This document shows positions 16,813 to 25,278 of a DNA stretch of 40,211 nt, in pieces. The translations under genes and the position numbers were made by a program. Source of the DNA: Thermoanaerobaculia bacterium (GTDB lineage: Bacteria; Acidobacteriota; Thermoanaerobaculia; Gp7-AA8); the NCBI GenBank assembly GCA_035632455.1, contig DASQGS010000181.1, positions 1 to 40,211 on the forward strand. Reading direction: 5' to 3'. Under the pieces are notes generated by a model. The model saw nothing but the letters and a program-made list of their open reading frames with translations. It searched no databases and was not told the DNA's origin. Each line of letters begins with the position of its first letter. Positions within the stretch are counted from its first letter, which is position 1.

Positions 16813-18653
16813 TGACACCTCGCCGCGCCGCATGGTCTCTGCTCCTCCTACTCGCGTGCGCAGCCATGCCCGCGATGGCGGAGCAGACTGCGCCTCGCGA
16901 CATCTTCCCGCAGGCGATGGCCTCGGCTGACGCCGGCGACGTCCAGGGCGCGATCAAGAAGACCAATGAGCTGACCGAGACCGGCAAGATCTACGGTCTC
17001 AAGACCTATCCGATCTACGCTGAGGCCGTCGCCTCGCTCGCCAGCGCGGCGGCGAGAGACGGCAAGGCGAAGGTCGCGGAGTGGGCGGCGAAAGCAGCCG
17101 AGCAACTCGATCCCACCTCGGCCGGCGTGGCCTTTGCCGCCGCGGATCGCGCGGCCGATCGGGGAGAGTGGGGTCACGCGCTCCCCGCCGTCGCTCGCGG
17201 CTACCTCAAGACCTTCTCGACTTACCGCTCGCGGGTCCTGGCGCGAAGCGATCTCGATGTGGTTCTTTGTATGGCCATCGGCCTGATCGGCATCGCCCTT
17301 GCCATCACCCTTTTCTTCCGCCACGGCCGGTCGGCATCCCACGACTTTCGCGAGATCATCGGGGCGCGCGTGCACGGCGGGTCCGTGACCATCCTGGCCA
17401 TCGCCGTGCTTTTCCTCCCAGTGTTCCTCTGGCTCGGCCCGGTCTGGCTGGCGTTCTACTGGTTCGCGATTTTCTTCGGCTACGCCAACGCGAGCGAGCG
17501 TAGCCTCATCGTGATCACCTCGCTGGCGCTGGCGATCGCGCCTCTCGCGCTCGATCGCGTCGCGACGACGATCGCGAATGTCAACAGTCCGGTCGTCGTG
17601 GCGGCGGCGGCGAACAGCGAACAGAGCTACCAGCCCGACGCGTTGCGCAGCCTTCAGGAGCTCGCCGCCCAAGTCCCCGACGACGCCACGATCCAGCTCC
17701 TTCTCGGCAACCTTCAACTGCACGAAGGCAACGATCGCCTCGCTGGGGTCCACTACCGCCGCTCCGCTGAATTGAAGGACTCAGCCGGGGCTCACGTGAA
17801 TCTCGGCAATCTGCATTTCGCGAACAACGACTTTGCCGCGGCGATCACGGAATACGAGAAGGCCCAGAAGCTCGATCCGAAGCTCGCGATCGCCTTCTAC
17901 AACAACTCGGTCGCCAGCGGCGAGACCTACAAATTCGACGAGCAGGGACAGAAGCTCGATCAAGCCAAGAAAATCGACAGCGCGGCGATCGAGAGGTTGT
18001 CGCAGAGCCAGGGGCCGCTCAAAGTCGCGACGTACAACCCGCCCATTCGCGAAGCATGGCAGGTGGCCACGTCGATCTCCCGTCGCGGGACGGCGCGGAG
18101 CCTCTTCGGCAACTACGCGTTCTTCGATCCGCTCACCAGCGCATTGAACCCCATCACGATCGGCGGTCTGTTGTCTCTCGCGCTGGCCATGGTGATCTGG
18201 CTCATCTCACGCCGGAACGGCTTCGCCGGCGCCTGCATCAAGTGCGGCAGGACATTCTGCTACCGATGCAAGTCGTCGTCCGAGAGCGCCACGTATTGCA
18301 CGCAGTGCATCCACATCTACCTCAAGCGCGACGGTGTGTCGCTGCAGACGAAGCGGCAGAAGCTGGACGAGGTTCACGGGTATCAGAGCGCGCTCCTGCG
18401 CCGCAACCGCATCCTGGCGACATTCATGCCGGGCTCGGCGCAGATCCTCGAAGGGAACGCCGTGGCCGGCTACCTGGCGATGCTCCTGTTCCTCTTCTTC
18501 GTATCGTTCGCGATTCTGATCGGACGCCTGGCGCCGGTGCTCGCCGACGGCCATGCCGCCAGGCTGATCGCCCGCATCGTGTCGATCGTCATCGCCGTCA
18601 TCATCTGGTGCGTGTTTACTGTGCCGGTTTACCGGCGGAAAGTCGCGGTCTAG
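16812..18653 (+). CDS. Polytopic membrane protein with TPR repeats and a cytoplasmic double CxxC zinc ribbon
   Basis: The ATG shares a base with the upstream TGA. It has a signal-like N-terminus, about 7 hydrophobic segments, TPR-like LGNLQLHEGNDRLAGVHYRRSAEL / LGNLHFANNDFAAAITEYEKAQKLDP, and CIKCGRTFCYRCKSSSESATYCTQC. Confidence 0.8.
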   Translation: MTPRRAAWSLLLLLACAAMPAMAEQTAPRDIFPQAMASADAGDVQGAIKKTNELTETGKIYGLKTYPIYAEAVASLASAAARDGKAKVAEWAAKAAEQLDPTSAGVAFAAADRAADRGEWGHALPAVARGYLKTFSTYRSRVLARSDLDVVLCMAIGLIGIALAITLFFRHGRSASHDFREIIGARVHGGSVTILAIAVLFLPVFLWLGPVWLAFYWFAIFFGYANASERSLIVITSLALAIAPLALDRVATTIANVNSPVVVAAAANSEQSYQPDALRSLQELAAQVPDDATIQLLLGNLQLHEGNDRLAGVHYRRSAELKDSAGAHVNLGNLHFANNDFAAAITEYEKAQKLDPKLAIAFYNNSVASGETYKFDEQGQKLDQAKKIDSAAIERLSQSQGPLKVATYNPPIREAWQVATSISRRGTARSLFGNYAFFDPLTSALNPITIGGLLSLALAMVIWLISRRNGFAGACIKCGRTFCYRCKSSSESATYCTQCIHIYLKRDGVSLQTKRQKLDEVHGYQSALLRRNRILATFMPGSAQILEGNAVAGYLAMLLFLFFVSFAILIGRLAPVLADGHAARLIARIVSIVIAVIIWCVFTVPVYRRKVAV

Positions 18654-18659
18654 TCGCTC

Positions 18660-19955
18660 ATGGCACTCGAAGGAACGCTGCGCGATTTCAGCCTCGCGGA
18701 CATCTTCCAGCTCATCGGGCTGCAGCGGAAGACCGGCGCGCTGACGCTGCGCGGGAAGGACGACACCGTGACGGTGACTTTCCTCGACGGCAAGGTCGTC
18801 GGCGCCGACTCGCTGAACCGCAGACTCGACAACCGCCTCGGCAACGTGCTGATCCGGAACGGGACGCTCACCCAGGATCAGCTCAACCGCGCTCTCGAGA
18901 TCCAGCGCGAGACTTTGCAGCGCCTCGGCTTCATCCTCATCCACTACGGCATCATCTCCGCCGAATCGCTGAAGGCCGCGATCCAGCTTCAGATCCTCCA
19001 GGTCGTCTACCGCCTGTTCCGTTGGAAGGACGGCGACTATCACTTCTCGCAGGAGACCACCATCGAGTACGACCGCGACAACGTCGTGCCGATCAGCGCG
19101 GAGTCGATCCTGATGGAAGGCGCAAGGATGATTGACGAGTGGCCGATCATCGAGAAGCGCATCCGCTCGTACGACATGCTCTTCCGCAAGAAGCTGACCG
19201 ACCAGGAGATCGTGGTGGTCGGCGCGGAGGAGGCCGACGAGATCGACTTCGAGGACTCGCCGTCGTCACGCCGCAAGAAGCCGTTCGCCACCGACAGGAT
19301 CCGGATCTCGCGGGAAGAGAAGCAGGTCTACGACCTCGTCGATGGCACCGAGACCGTCGCCGACATCGTGGAGTCCTCGAGGCTGTCGGAGTTCGACACG
19401 AACAAGGCCCTCTACGAGCTGCTGACCCGCGATCTCATCGAGGAGGTACGCCACGCCGCCGGGCCGCCCGGCAGCGAGGGAACGCCGCTCGACGAGATCG
19501 CCGTCGCCGAGACGCCGGTGCCGCTGCCGCTCGTGGTCGCCCTCGCCGTCGTGGCCCTGATCTCGCTCGTCACGTCGTTCAAGAATCCGCTCAACGGCTT
19601 CCGTCCGTTCGGGCGTACGACTTCCTGCGTGACCGAGATTCGGAAGGCTATCTCGATGCAGCGGATTCAACGCGTTGTCGATGCCATTGAGAAGTACAGC
19701 TTGGTGAACGCGCACCTTCCGAACCGCGTGCAGGAGCTGGCTCCGGACTACGTTGCGCCGTCGATGCTGATCGATCCATGGGGCAATGCGTACAACTACA
19801 ACCACCATCGCCCGGAGGTCTTCTACGTGATCGGCTTCGCCGCCGACGGTCGTGCCGACACCGATCTCCTGCTCTCTCACGCCATCGACACAGCCCCACT
19901 CCTTGCGCCTGCCAGCACGAAGCCCGCGACGGGCGGGATACAGCTTCTGGATTGA
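18660..19955 (+). CDS. DUF4388 domain protein fused through one TM helix to a GspG/pseudopilin-like C-terminal domain
   Basis: N-terminus LEGTLRDFSLADIFQLIGLQRKTGALTLRGKDDTVTVTFLDGKVVGA (DUF4388 pattern). TM helix VPLPLVVALAVVALISLVTSF. C-terminus ...IEKYSLVNAHLPNRVQELAPDYV...LIDPWGNAYNYN...YVIGFAADGRADTDLL, resembling the type II secretion GspG globular domain (DPWG.pY.Y ... S.G.DG). Confidence 0.8.
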   Translation: MALEGTLRDFSLADIFQLIGLQRKTGALTLRGKDDTVTVTFLDGKVVGADSLNRRLDNRLGNVLIRNGTLTQDQLNRALEIQRETLQRLGFILIHYGIISAESLKAAIQLQILQVVYRLFRWKDGDYHFSQETTIEYDRDNVVPISAESILMEGARMIDEWPIIEKRIRSYDMLFRKKLTDQEIVVVGAEEADEIDFEDSPSSRRKKPFATDRIRISREEKQVYDLVDGTETVADIVESSRLSEFDTNKALYELLTRDLIEEVRHAAGPPGSEGTPLDEIAVAETPVPLPLVVALAVVALISLVTSFKNPLNGFRPFGRTTSCVTEIRKAISMQRIQRVVDAIEKYSLVNAHLPNRVQELAPDYVAPSMLIDPWGNAYNYNHHRPEVFYVIGFAADGRADTDLLLSHAIDTAPLLAPASTKPATGGIQLLD

Positions 19956-19982
19956 ACGAAGCGCGCGTTACACTTCTCCCAC

Positions 19983-20855
19983 ATGCGACTCAAGTTGCTC
20001 TACAACCCGGCGGCTGGCCGCGGGCGGGCGCGGAAGTATATCGGCGAAGCGGAGACCTGTCTGTTGTCGATGGGAGCGGCAGTTGATGTCGAGGCGAGCA
20101 ACAGCCCGGCGCATCTGACCGCACTCGCTGCTCAGGCCTCGCGGGCCGGATACGATCGCGTCGTGGTTTGTGGCGGAGATGGGTCGCTGAATCTCGCCGT
20201 GCGCGAGCTCGATCTTCAGCAAGGGACTCTTGCACTTCTGCCGCTCGGATCGGGCGACGATTTCGCTCACGTCCTCGGGATTCCGCAGCGGCTCGACCGT
20301 GCGTGCGATCTGATCGTGAAGGGGAAGCCGCGCGAGGTGGACGTGGCCCTGGCCAACGGTATTCGCTACCTCGGCGTGGCCGGCCTCGGTTTCGACTCCG
20401 AGGTCGCCGCCTATGCCAACGAAAACGCCGGCATCCTGCGGGGATCGCACATCTACCTCTACGCCATCCTGCGCATCCTTCCGCGTTTTCTGCCGCATCG
20501 GGTGAGGCTCCGGCTGGCCGAAGGCACGCGAGAGGAGCACATCATGTTCGCGGTCGTCGGGAACTCGAGGCAATATGGCGGCGGAATTCGGATTACCCCT
20601 CGGGCGGTGATCGACGATCGCATACTCGACCTCTGCATCGTTCACCGCACGAGCCGCGCGCAGTTGCTCAAGACTCTCCCGCTGGCATACACCGGCATGC
20701 ACGTCAACAGCCCGTTCGTCGAGACCGGCCGCGGAGTCGAGTTTCATTTCGAGAGCGACGCGCCGCTCGAGGTTTACGCGGACGGCGAGCGCCTGACGCG
20801 TACGCCCGTCTCGTTCACGCTCGCCGAGGAAAAGCTGCGCATCATCGCGCCATAG
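19983..20855 (+). CDS. Diacylglycerol-kinase-family lipid kinase (YegS/DAGK_cat-like)
   Basis: 290 aa: LLYNPAAGRGRA...YDRVVVCGGDGSLNLAVREL...LALLPLGSGDDFAHVLGIP. Confidence 0.9.
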   Translation: MRLKLLYNPAAGRGRARKYIGEAETCLLSMGAAVDVEASNSPAHLTALAAQASRAGYDRVVVCGGDGSLNLAVRELDLQQGTLALLPLGSGDDFAHVLGIPQRLDRACDLIVKGKPREVDVALANGIRYLGVAGLGFDSEVAAYANENAGILRGSHIYLYAILRILPRFLPHRVRLRLAEGTREEHIMFAVVGNSRQYGGGIRITPRAVIDDRILDLCIVHRTSRAQLLKTLPLAYTGMHVNSPFVETGRGVEFHFESDAPLEVYADGERLTRTPVSFTLAEEKLRIIAP

Positions 20856-20871
20856 GGAGCGCCGGCATCAA

Positions 20872-20897
20872 GTCGCGGGGCCTCCTTGCCCCGCGAC
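20872..20897 (+). terminator. GC-rich hairpin 17 nt after the lipid-kinase stop (no T-tract)
   Basis: GTCGCGGGGC (20872-20881), loop CTCCTT, GCCCCGCGAC (20888-20897): a perfect 10-bp stem. Confidence 0.45.
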
Positions 20898-20921
20898 CCT
20901 ACTCGCGCAGATGTGACCCAC

Positions 20922-20960
20922 CGTCATCCTGACCCGCGCAGACAGCGTAGGATCTCCTTG
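20922..20960. repeat. REP-like unit, family GTCATCCTGA...GGATCTCC
   Basis: CGTCATCCTGACCCGCGCAGACAGCGTAGGATCTCCTTG aligns with the reverse complement of 32698-32736 (GCGTCATCCTGAGCCGCGTAGACGGCGAAGGATCTCCTC) and with 32622-32678. Confidence 0.7.
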
Positions 20961-20988
20961 GAAAGATCGCAATTATCGCGAGTCCCCT

Positions 20989-21013
20989 CCGCGGGGCGCG
21001 GGACGCCCCGCGG
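20989..21013. repeat. Second perfect GC hairpin in the kinase-htrA spacer
   Basis: CCGCGGGGCG (20989-20998), loop CGGGA, CGCCCCGCGG (21004-21013). It shares the CGCGGGGC core with the hairpin at 20872-20897. Confidence 0.6.
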
Positions 21014-21051
21014 TTGCGGCCGGGACGGCCGCGCTCCTTTAGAATGTGCGT

Positions 21052-22422
21052 ATGAACAAGCTCCGCACCTTCGTACTGCTCTTCGCGCTCACGATCGGCT
21101 GCAAGCCGATGGCCGAATCGCAGACCATCTCGGGTCAGCCGAGACAGGAACATGCGCAGATCCCGCCGACGGTGAGCGCGGTTCGCCGCACGCCGGTGGT
21201 GGTGGTTGCCCACGACATTCTTCCGTGCGTCGTCAACATTCAGACCGAGGCCACGATCCGGCGGCGAGAAGTCGACCCCTTCTTCGACCCGTTCAGCATC
21301 TTCGGAGGCCGCGACCGCGTGTATCAGTCGCAATCGCTGGGCTCGGGATTCGTCTGGTCCTCCGACGGGATCGTCGTCACCAACAATCACGTGGTGGAAG
21401 GTGCGTCGCGGATCACGGTCAACTTCAATGACGGTTCGCAGCTTGCCGCGAAGCTGATCGGCGTCGATCCTGACAGCGATCTGGCCGTGTTGCGCGTCGA
21501 TTCCAGAAAACTGTCGGCCGCGCCGATCGGCACGTCGTCCGACCTGATGATCGGCGAGACAGTCATCGCCATCGGCAACCCGTTCGGCTTGAGCGGCTCG
21601 GTGACCACGGGCGTGGTCTCTGCTTTAGGCCGGTCCGTGCCGTCGAAGGAGGCGGGGCGGACCTTCACGGATTTCATCCAAACCGACGCTTCGATCAATC
21701 CCGGCAATTCCGGCGGGCCCCTCGTCAACATCGAAGGGCGCGTCATCGGCATCAACGTCGCGATCTACGCGCAAGCGCAGAACATCGGCTTCGCCATCCC
21801 TGTCGACCGGGCGAAGAAAGTGATTCAGGATCTGCTCCGCTACGGCGAGGTCCACAGCGCCTGGATCGGGGCGGTCACGGCGACGCTGACGCCGGAGGAG
21901 GCGAAGCGCATCGGCGCGCATGCGCAGAAGGGCGCGCTCGTGGCGCGCGTGTTCGCAGGCTCGCCTGCGCAGGCCGCGGGTCTGCGCGCCGGAGATGTGA
22001 TCGTGGCCGTCAACGGCAAGGGCGTCGATTCGCGCGAAGCCTTCTCCACGCTCACGGCCACTGCATCGATCGGACAGGCCGTCGAGGTGACGTTCATGCG
22101 CGAGGGTGGCAGCTCCCGCACTTCCGTCCGTCCCGGCGAGCCGCCGGCGAACCTCGGGCTGCGGATCCTCGAAGACGTGGCCGGCCTGCGTGTCAGCGAT
22201 GAGGGGAGGAACGTCGTCATCCAGAGCGTGCTCCGCGGATCTCGCAGTGAAAACATCGGCCTCGCCCCGGGCGACGTCATCGTCGGCATCAACGGCTCGG
22301 AGGTCCACTCGGTCAAGGATCTGAACAACGAGCTGAGCAAAGCCGCGGAACGCTCATCGATCGTGCTGTCAGTCGCGCGCGACCGGTACATCTACAACCT
22401 GACGTTCCCGATGGGCGTGTAA
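21052..22422 (+). CDS. htrA: HtrA/DegP-family periplasmic serine protease with two PDZ domains, lipoprotein-type signal
   Basis: ORF 21046..22422. ATG 21052 gives MNKLRTFVLLFALTIGC (lipobox). Catalytic triad contexts are VTNNHVV, DSDLAVL and GNSGGPLVN, followed by two PDZ-like segments. Confidence 0.95.
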   Translation: MNKLRTFVLLFALTIGCKPMAESQTISGQPRQEHAQIPPTVSAVRRTPVVVVAHDILPCVVNIQTEATIRRREVDPFFDPFSIFGGRDRVYQSQSLGSGFVWSSDGIVVTNNHVVEGASRITVNFNDGSQLAAKLIGVDPDSDLAVLRVDSRKLSAAPIGTSSDLMIGETVIAIGNPFGLSGSVTTGVVSALGRSVPSKEAGRTFTDFIQTDASINPGNSGGPLVNIEGRVIGINVAIYAQAQNIGFAIPVDRAKKVIQDLLRYGEVHSAWIGAVTATLTPEEAKRIGAHAQKGALVARVFAGSPAQAAGLRAGDVIVAVNGKGVDSREAFSTLTATASIGQAVEVTFMREGGSSRTSVRPGEPPANLGLRILEDVAGLRVSDEGRNVVIQSVLRGSRSENIGLAPGDVIVGINGSEVHSVKDLNNELSKAAERSSIVLSVARDRYIYNLTFPMGV

Positions 22423-22546
22423 GAAACCAGAAACCAGAAACTAGAAACTAGAAACTAGAAACTAGAAACTGGAAGTAGAAAGTAGCTGCCGCCTTCTGGT
22501 TTCTGGTTTCTGGTTTCTGGTTTCTAGTTTCTGGTTTCTGGTTTCC
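22422..22546. repeat. Heptamer-repeat hairpin: 7 x AGAAACY facing 7 x GGTTTCT, filling the convergent junction
   Basis: The left arm (22422-22470) is AGAAACC x2 then AGAAACT x5. The right arm (22498-22546) is GGTTTCT x4, AGTTTCT, GGTTTCT, GGTTTCC. The arms are about 49 nt with a loop of about 27 nt. The element starts at the last base of the htrA TAA and ends 3 nt before the stop of the minus-strand lipoprotein gene. Confidence 0.92.
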
Positions 22547-22548
22547 GG

Positions 22549-23187
22549 CTACGGTCTTCGGCGCCGGCGCGGCTCGGGCGCGGCGGTCTCCTGCATCTGC
22601 CAGCGCATGGGGATGGCGTTGGTGACGAGGGACTCGGTGGCCTCCATCCACTTGGGAAAGAGCGCTGCCGCAAGGCTTCGATCGTGGACCGCGCGCTCGG
22701 GAATGCCGATGAGCTGCGCGAACGGCGCGGTGTCGTTGATGAAGTTGATCTTCACCTGCAGCGCGCGCGGGTAGTGAATGAACGGCGCGGTACTGGACTG
22801 CGGGACGAGGATCGACACATGGGCCGCCGTCGCGAAGGACTTCTTGTCGCCCGGGTTGACCTGCTGGAGGCGGGGAAGAAGCTCCATGCCGGGCACCTCC
22901 GTGCCGAGGGAGACAGTCACGGTCTGAGTCTCGGGATCGTAGGAGCTCTCGGGCATGATCTCGGCGATGGCGATGGCGGTCTTCCGCTCGTTCGTGATCG
23001 TGTAGCTGAGCGAGATCACCGAGTTCGCCGAGAGTTGATCGTTGTCGATCTCGACGTCGATCCGCACGCCGTTCTCCGTGGCGACCACGCGGCGGGGCTG
23101 CTTGAGATCCACCGGCTTCGACGTCGAGCAGGCAGGCAGAAACGAAGAGACAACGAGCACCGCCAGGACACCGTTCAGGCGTTTCAC
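22549..23187 (-). CDS. Hypothetical lipoprotein (212 aa)
   Basis: MKRLNGVLAVLVVSSFLPAC-STSKP (lipobox LPAC). No family recognised. Coding-like composition on this strand. Confidence 0.7.
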   Translation of the reverse strand: MKRLNGVLAVLVVSSFLPACSTSKPVDLKQPRRVVATENGVRIDVEIDNDQLSANSVISLSYTITNERKTAIAIAEIMPESSYDPETQTVTVSLGTEVPGMELLPRLQQVNPGDKKSFATAAHVSILVPQSSTAPFIHYPRALQVKINFINDTAPFAQLIGIPERAVHDRSLAAALFPKWMEATESLVTNAIPMRWQMQETAAPEPRRRRRP

Positions 23188-23256
23188 GACCGACTCCTCC
23201 CGTTTTCCGGACGATCGTAGCGCAAAAACGGGAGCCCGGCGTCAGCGAATCGTCAC

Positions 23257-23353
23257 GAAAAAGCAGAAGGCAGAAAGCAGAAAGCAGAAATGGTTCTGCG
23301 CGAGAACGTCACTCTTGGCAGATGCCACTTCTGCTTTCTGCCTTCTGCTTTTC
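23257..23353 (-). terminator. Heptamer-repeat hairpin (RGCAGAA units) abutting the lepA stop; probable lepA terminator
   Basis: The plus-strand arm is GAAAAAGCAGAAGGCAGAAAGCAGAAAGCAGAAATGG (23257-23293) and the other arm is CCACTTCTGCTTTCTGCCTTCTGCTTTTC (23325-23353). 24 nt (AAAAGCAGAAGGCAGAAAGCAGAA) pair perfectly, and the left arm has one extra heptamer. In lepA-sense RNA the hairpin ends in CUUUUUC. Confidence 0.8.
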
Positions 23354-25204
23354 TCAGTCGATCTTCAGCACCGCCAGGAACGCTTCCTGCGGAATCTCGA
23401 TCTTCCCCACGCGCTTCATCCGCTTCTTTCCTTCCTTCTGCTTCTCCAGCAGCTTGCGTTTGCGGGAGATGTCGCCGCCGTAGCACTTGGCCAGGACGTC
23501 CTTGCGCAGCGATTTGACGCTCGCGCGGGCGATGATCCTGTTTCCAATCGCGGCCTGCAGGGCCACCTCGAACATCTGCCGCGGGATGAACTCCTTCATC
23601 TTGTCCACGAGCAGCTTGCCGCGGGCATAGGCCTTGTCCTTGTGCACGATCAGGGAGAGCGCGTCGAGCGGGTCGCCGTTGACCAGGATGTCCATCTTCA
23701 CCAGATCGCTGGCCCGGTAGCCGATGAACTGGTAGTCCAGCGAGGCGTATCCGCGGGAGATTGATTTCAGCTTGTCGAAGAAATCGAGGATCACCTCGTT
23801 GAGCGGCATCTCGTAGACGAGCATGACCCGGTTGGAGCTGACGTACTCGAGCTTCTTCTGCTGGCCGCGGCGATCGATAGCCAGGGCCAGGATCGGTCCG
23901 ACAAACTCGTCGTTCGTCAGGATGGTGGCCTCGATGAACGGCTCCTCGATCGAGTCGATGTACGAAGGATCGGGCATCTTCTGAGGATTCTCGATCTCCA
24001 CGACCTCGCCGTCGGTCCTGTTGACGCGGTAGCGGACTCCGGGCGCCGAGGTCAGCAGCTCGAGATTGAACTCTCGCTCCAGCCGCTCCTGGATGATCTC
24101 CATGTGGAGCAGACCGAGAAAGCCGCAGCGGAATCCGAACCCCAGCGCTAGAGAGCTCTCGGGCTCGAAGCTGAACGACGCGTCGTTGAGCTTGAGCTTG
24201 GCCACGGCATCGCGAAGGTTCTCGTAGTCGTCGGTGTTGATCGGGAAAATCCCGGCAAACACCATGGCCTTCACTTCCTGGAAGCCCGGCAGCGGCGCCG
24301 CGCTTCCTTTCTCCTCGGTGATCGTGTCGCCGATCTTTGCCTGGACGATGTCTTTGATGTTGCCTGAGATGAATCCGACCTCGCCGGTGCCGAGCCGGTC
24401 GACGGCCCGGGCCTTCGGCGTGAAGATTCCCATCTCCGTCACTTCATAGACCCGGTCCGTGGAGAGGAACTTGATGCGCATGCCCTTGCGGATCTCGCCG
24501 TCGACGACTCGAACCAGCATCATCACGCCGCGATAAGAGTCGTACCAGGAGTCGAAGAGCAGCGCACGCAACAGTGCGCTCGGATCGCCCTTCGGCGCGG
24601 GAATGTGGGTGATGATCTTGTCGAGGATCTCGTCGACGCCGATGCCCGACTTGGCCGAAGCGAGCACGGCATCGTGTGCGTCGAGGCCGATCACGTTCTC
24701 GATCTGCTCCCGGACGCGCTCCGGCTCGGCGGACGGAAGGTCGACTTTGTTGATTACCGGGAGAATGCTCAGATCGTTGTTGATGGCCAGGTAGCTGTTC
24801 GCCAGAGTCTGTGCCTCGACGCCCTGCGTGGCATCGACCACGAGAATCGCGCCCTCGCACGCCGCCAGGCTCCGGCTGACCTCATAGCTGAAATCGACAT
24901 GGCCCGGCGTGTCGATCAGATTGAAGACATAGTCCTGCCCATCCTTGGCGCGGAAGTTCAGGGTCACGGCCCGGGCCTTGATGGTGATGCCACGCTCGCG
25001 CTCGAGATCCATGTCGTCGAGCATCTGCTCGCTCATGTCGCGCAGCTCCACCGCACCGGTCCTTTGGAGGATGCGGTCGGAGAGCGTGGTCTTCCCGTGA
25101 TCGATATGGGCGATGATCGAGAAGTTGCGGATGTGCTGCGGGTCAGGCAAATTGGGTCCGTTCGTATTGAGGGTTTTCCGGGAGCGCCGAAGGAAGCACG
25201 ACAA
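23354..25204 (-). CDS. lepA: Translation elongation factor 4 (LepA)
   Basis: [22 protein letters not shown]...DTPGHVDF...NKVDL..., with full-length collinearity to EF4 including the C-terminal LepA_C part. The start is uncertain: TTG 25204 (track) or TTG 25150 ([13 protein letters not shown]). Confidence 0.97.
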   Translation of the reverse strand: MSCFLRRSRKTLNTNGPNLPDPQHIRNFSIIAHIDHGKTTLSDRILQRTGAVELRDMSEQMLDDMDLERERGITIKARAVTLNFRAKDGQDYVFNLIDTPGHVDFSYEVSRSLAACEGAILVVDATQGVEAQTLANSYLAINNDLSILPVINKVDLPSAEPERVREQIENVIGLDAHDAVLASAKSGIGVDEILDKIITHIPAPKGDPSALLRALLFDSWYDSYRGVMMLVRVVDGEIRKGMRIKFLSTDRVYEVTEMGIFTPKARAVDRLGTGEVGFISGNIKDIVQAKIGDTITEEKGSAAPLPGFQEVKAMVFAGIFPINTDDYENLRDAVAKLKLNDASFSFEPESSLALGFGFRCGFLGLLHMEIIQERLEREFNLELLTSAPGVRYRVNRTDGEVVEIENPQKMPDPSYIDSIEEPFIEATILTNDEFVGPILALAIDRRGQQKKLEYVSSNRVMLVYEMPLNEVILDFFDKLKSISRGYASLDYQFIGYRASDLVKMDILVNGDPLDALSLIVHKDKAYARGKLLVDKMKEFIPRQMFEVALQAAIGNRIIARASVKSLRKDVLAKCYGGDISRKRKLLEKQKEGKKRMKRVGKIEIPQEAFLAVLKID

Positions 25205-25278
25205 GCCGGCTTAGCGCGGCGTTGAATTAACACGAAAGCGCGGAATTGTCATCCCGCAGAGGGTGGGCGGGACGGAGG

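Noticed and set aside
22422-22546. Possible CRISPR array
   Set aside because: The units are 7 nt and directly abutting, with no spacers. The second half is the reverse complement of the first, and there are no cas genes in the window.
22494-22546. G-quadruplex potential (GG every 7 nt here and in the CAGTGGT arrays)
   Set aside because: Only two-tetrad quadruplexes would be possible, and here a fully complementary arm is available for duplex or hairpin formation. It cannot be supported from sequence alone as the primary explanation.
22448-22651. ORF encoding ...NQKPETRNQKPETRNQK... and similar repeat-derived ORFs (23042..23764, 23253..23486, 23290..23517, 27461..28174, 27342..27536, 33756..34142)
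   Set aside because: These are translations of the intergenic tandem-repeat hairpins running into antisense sequence of the neighbouring genes, not proteins.
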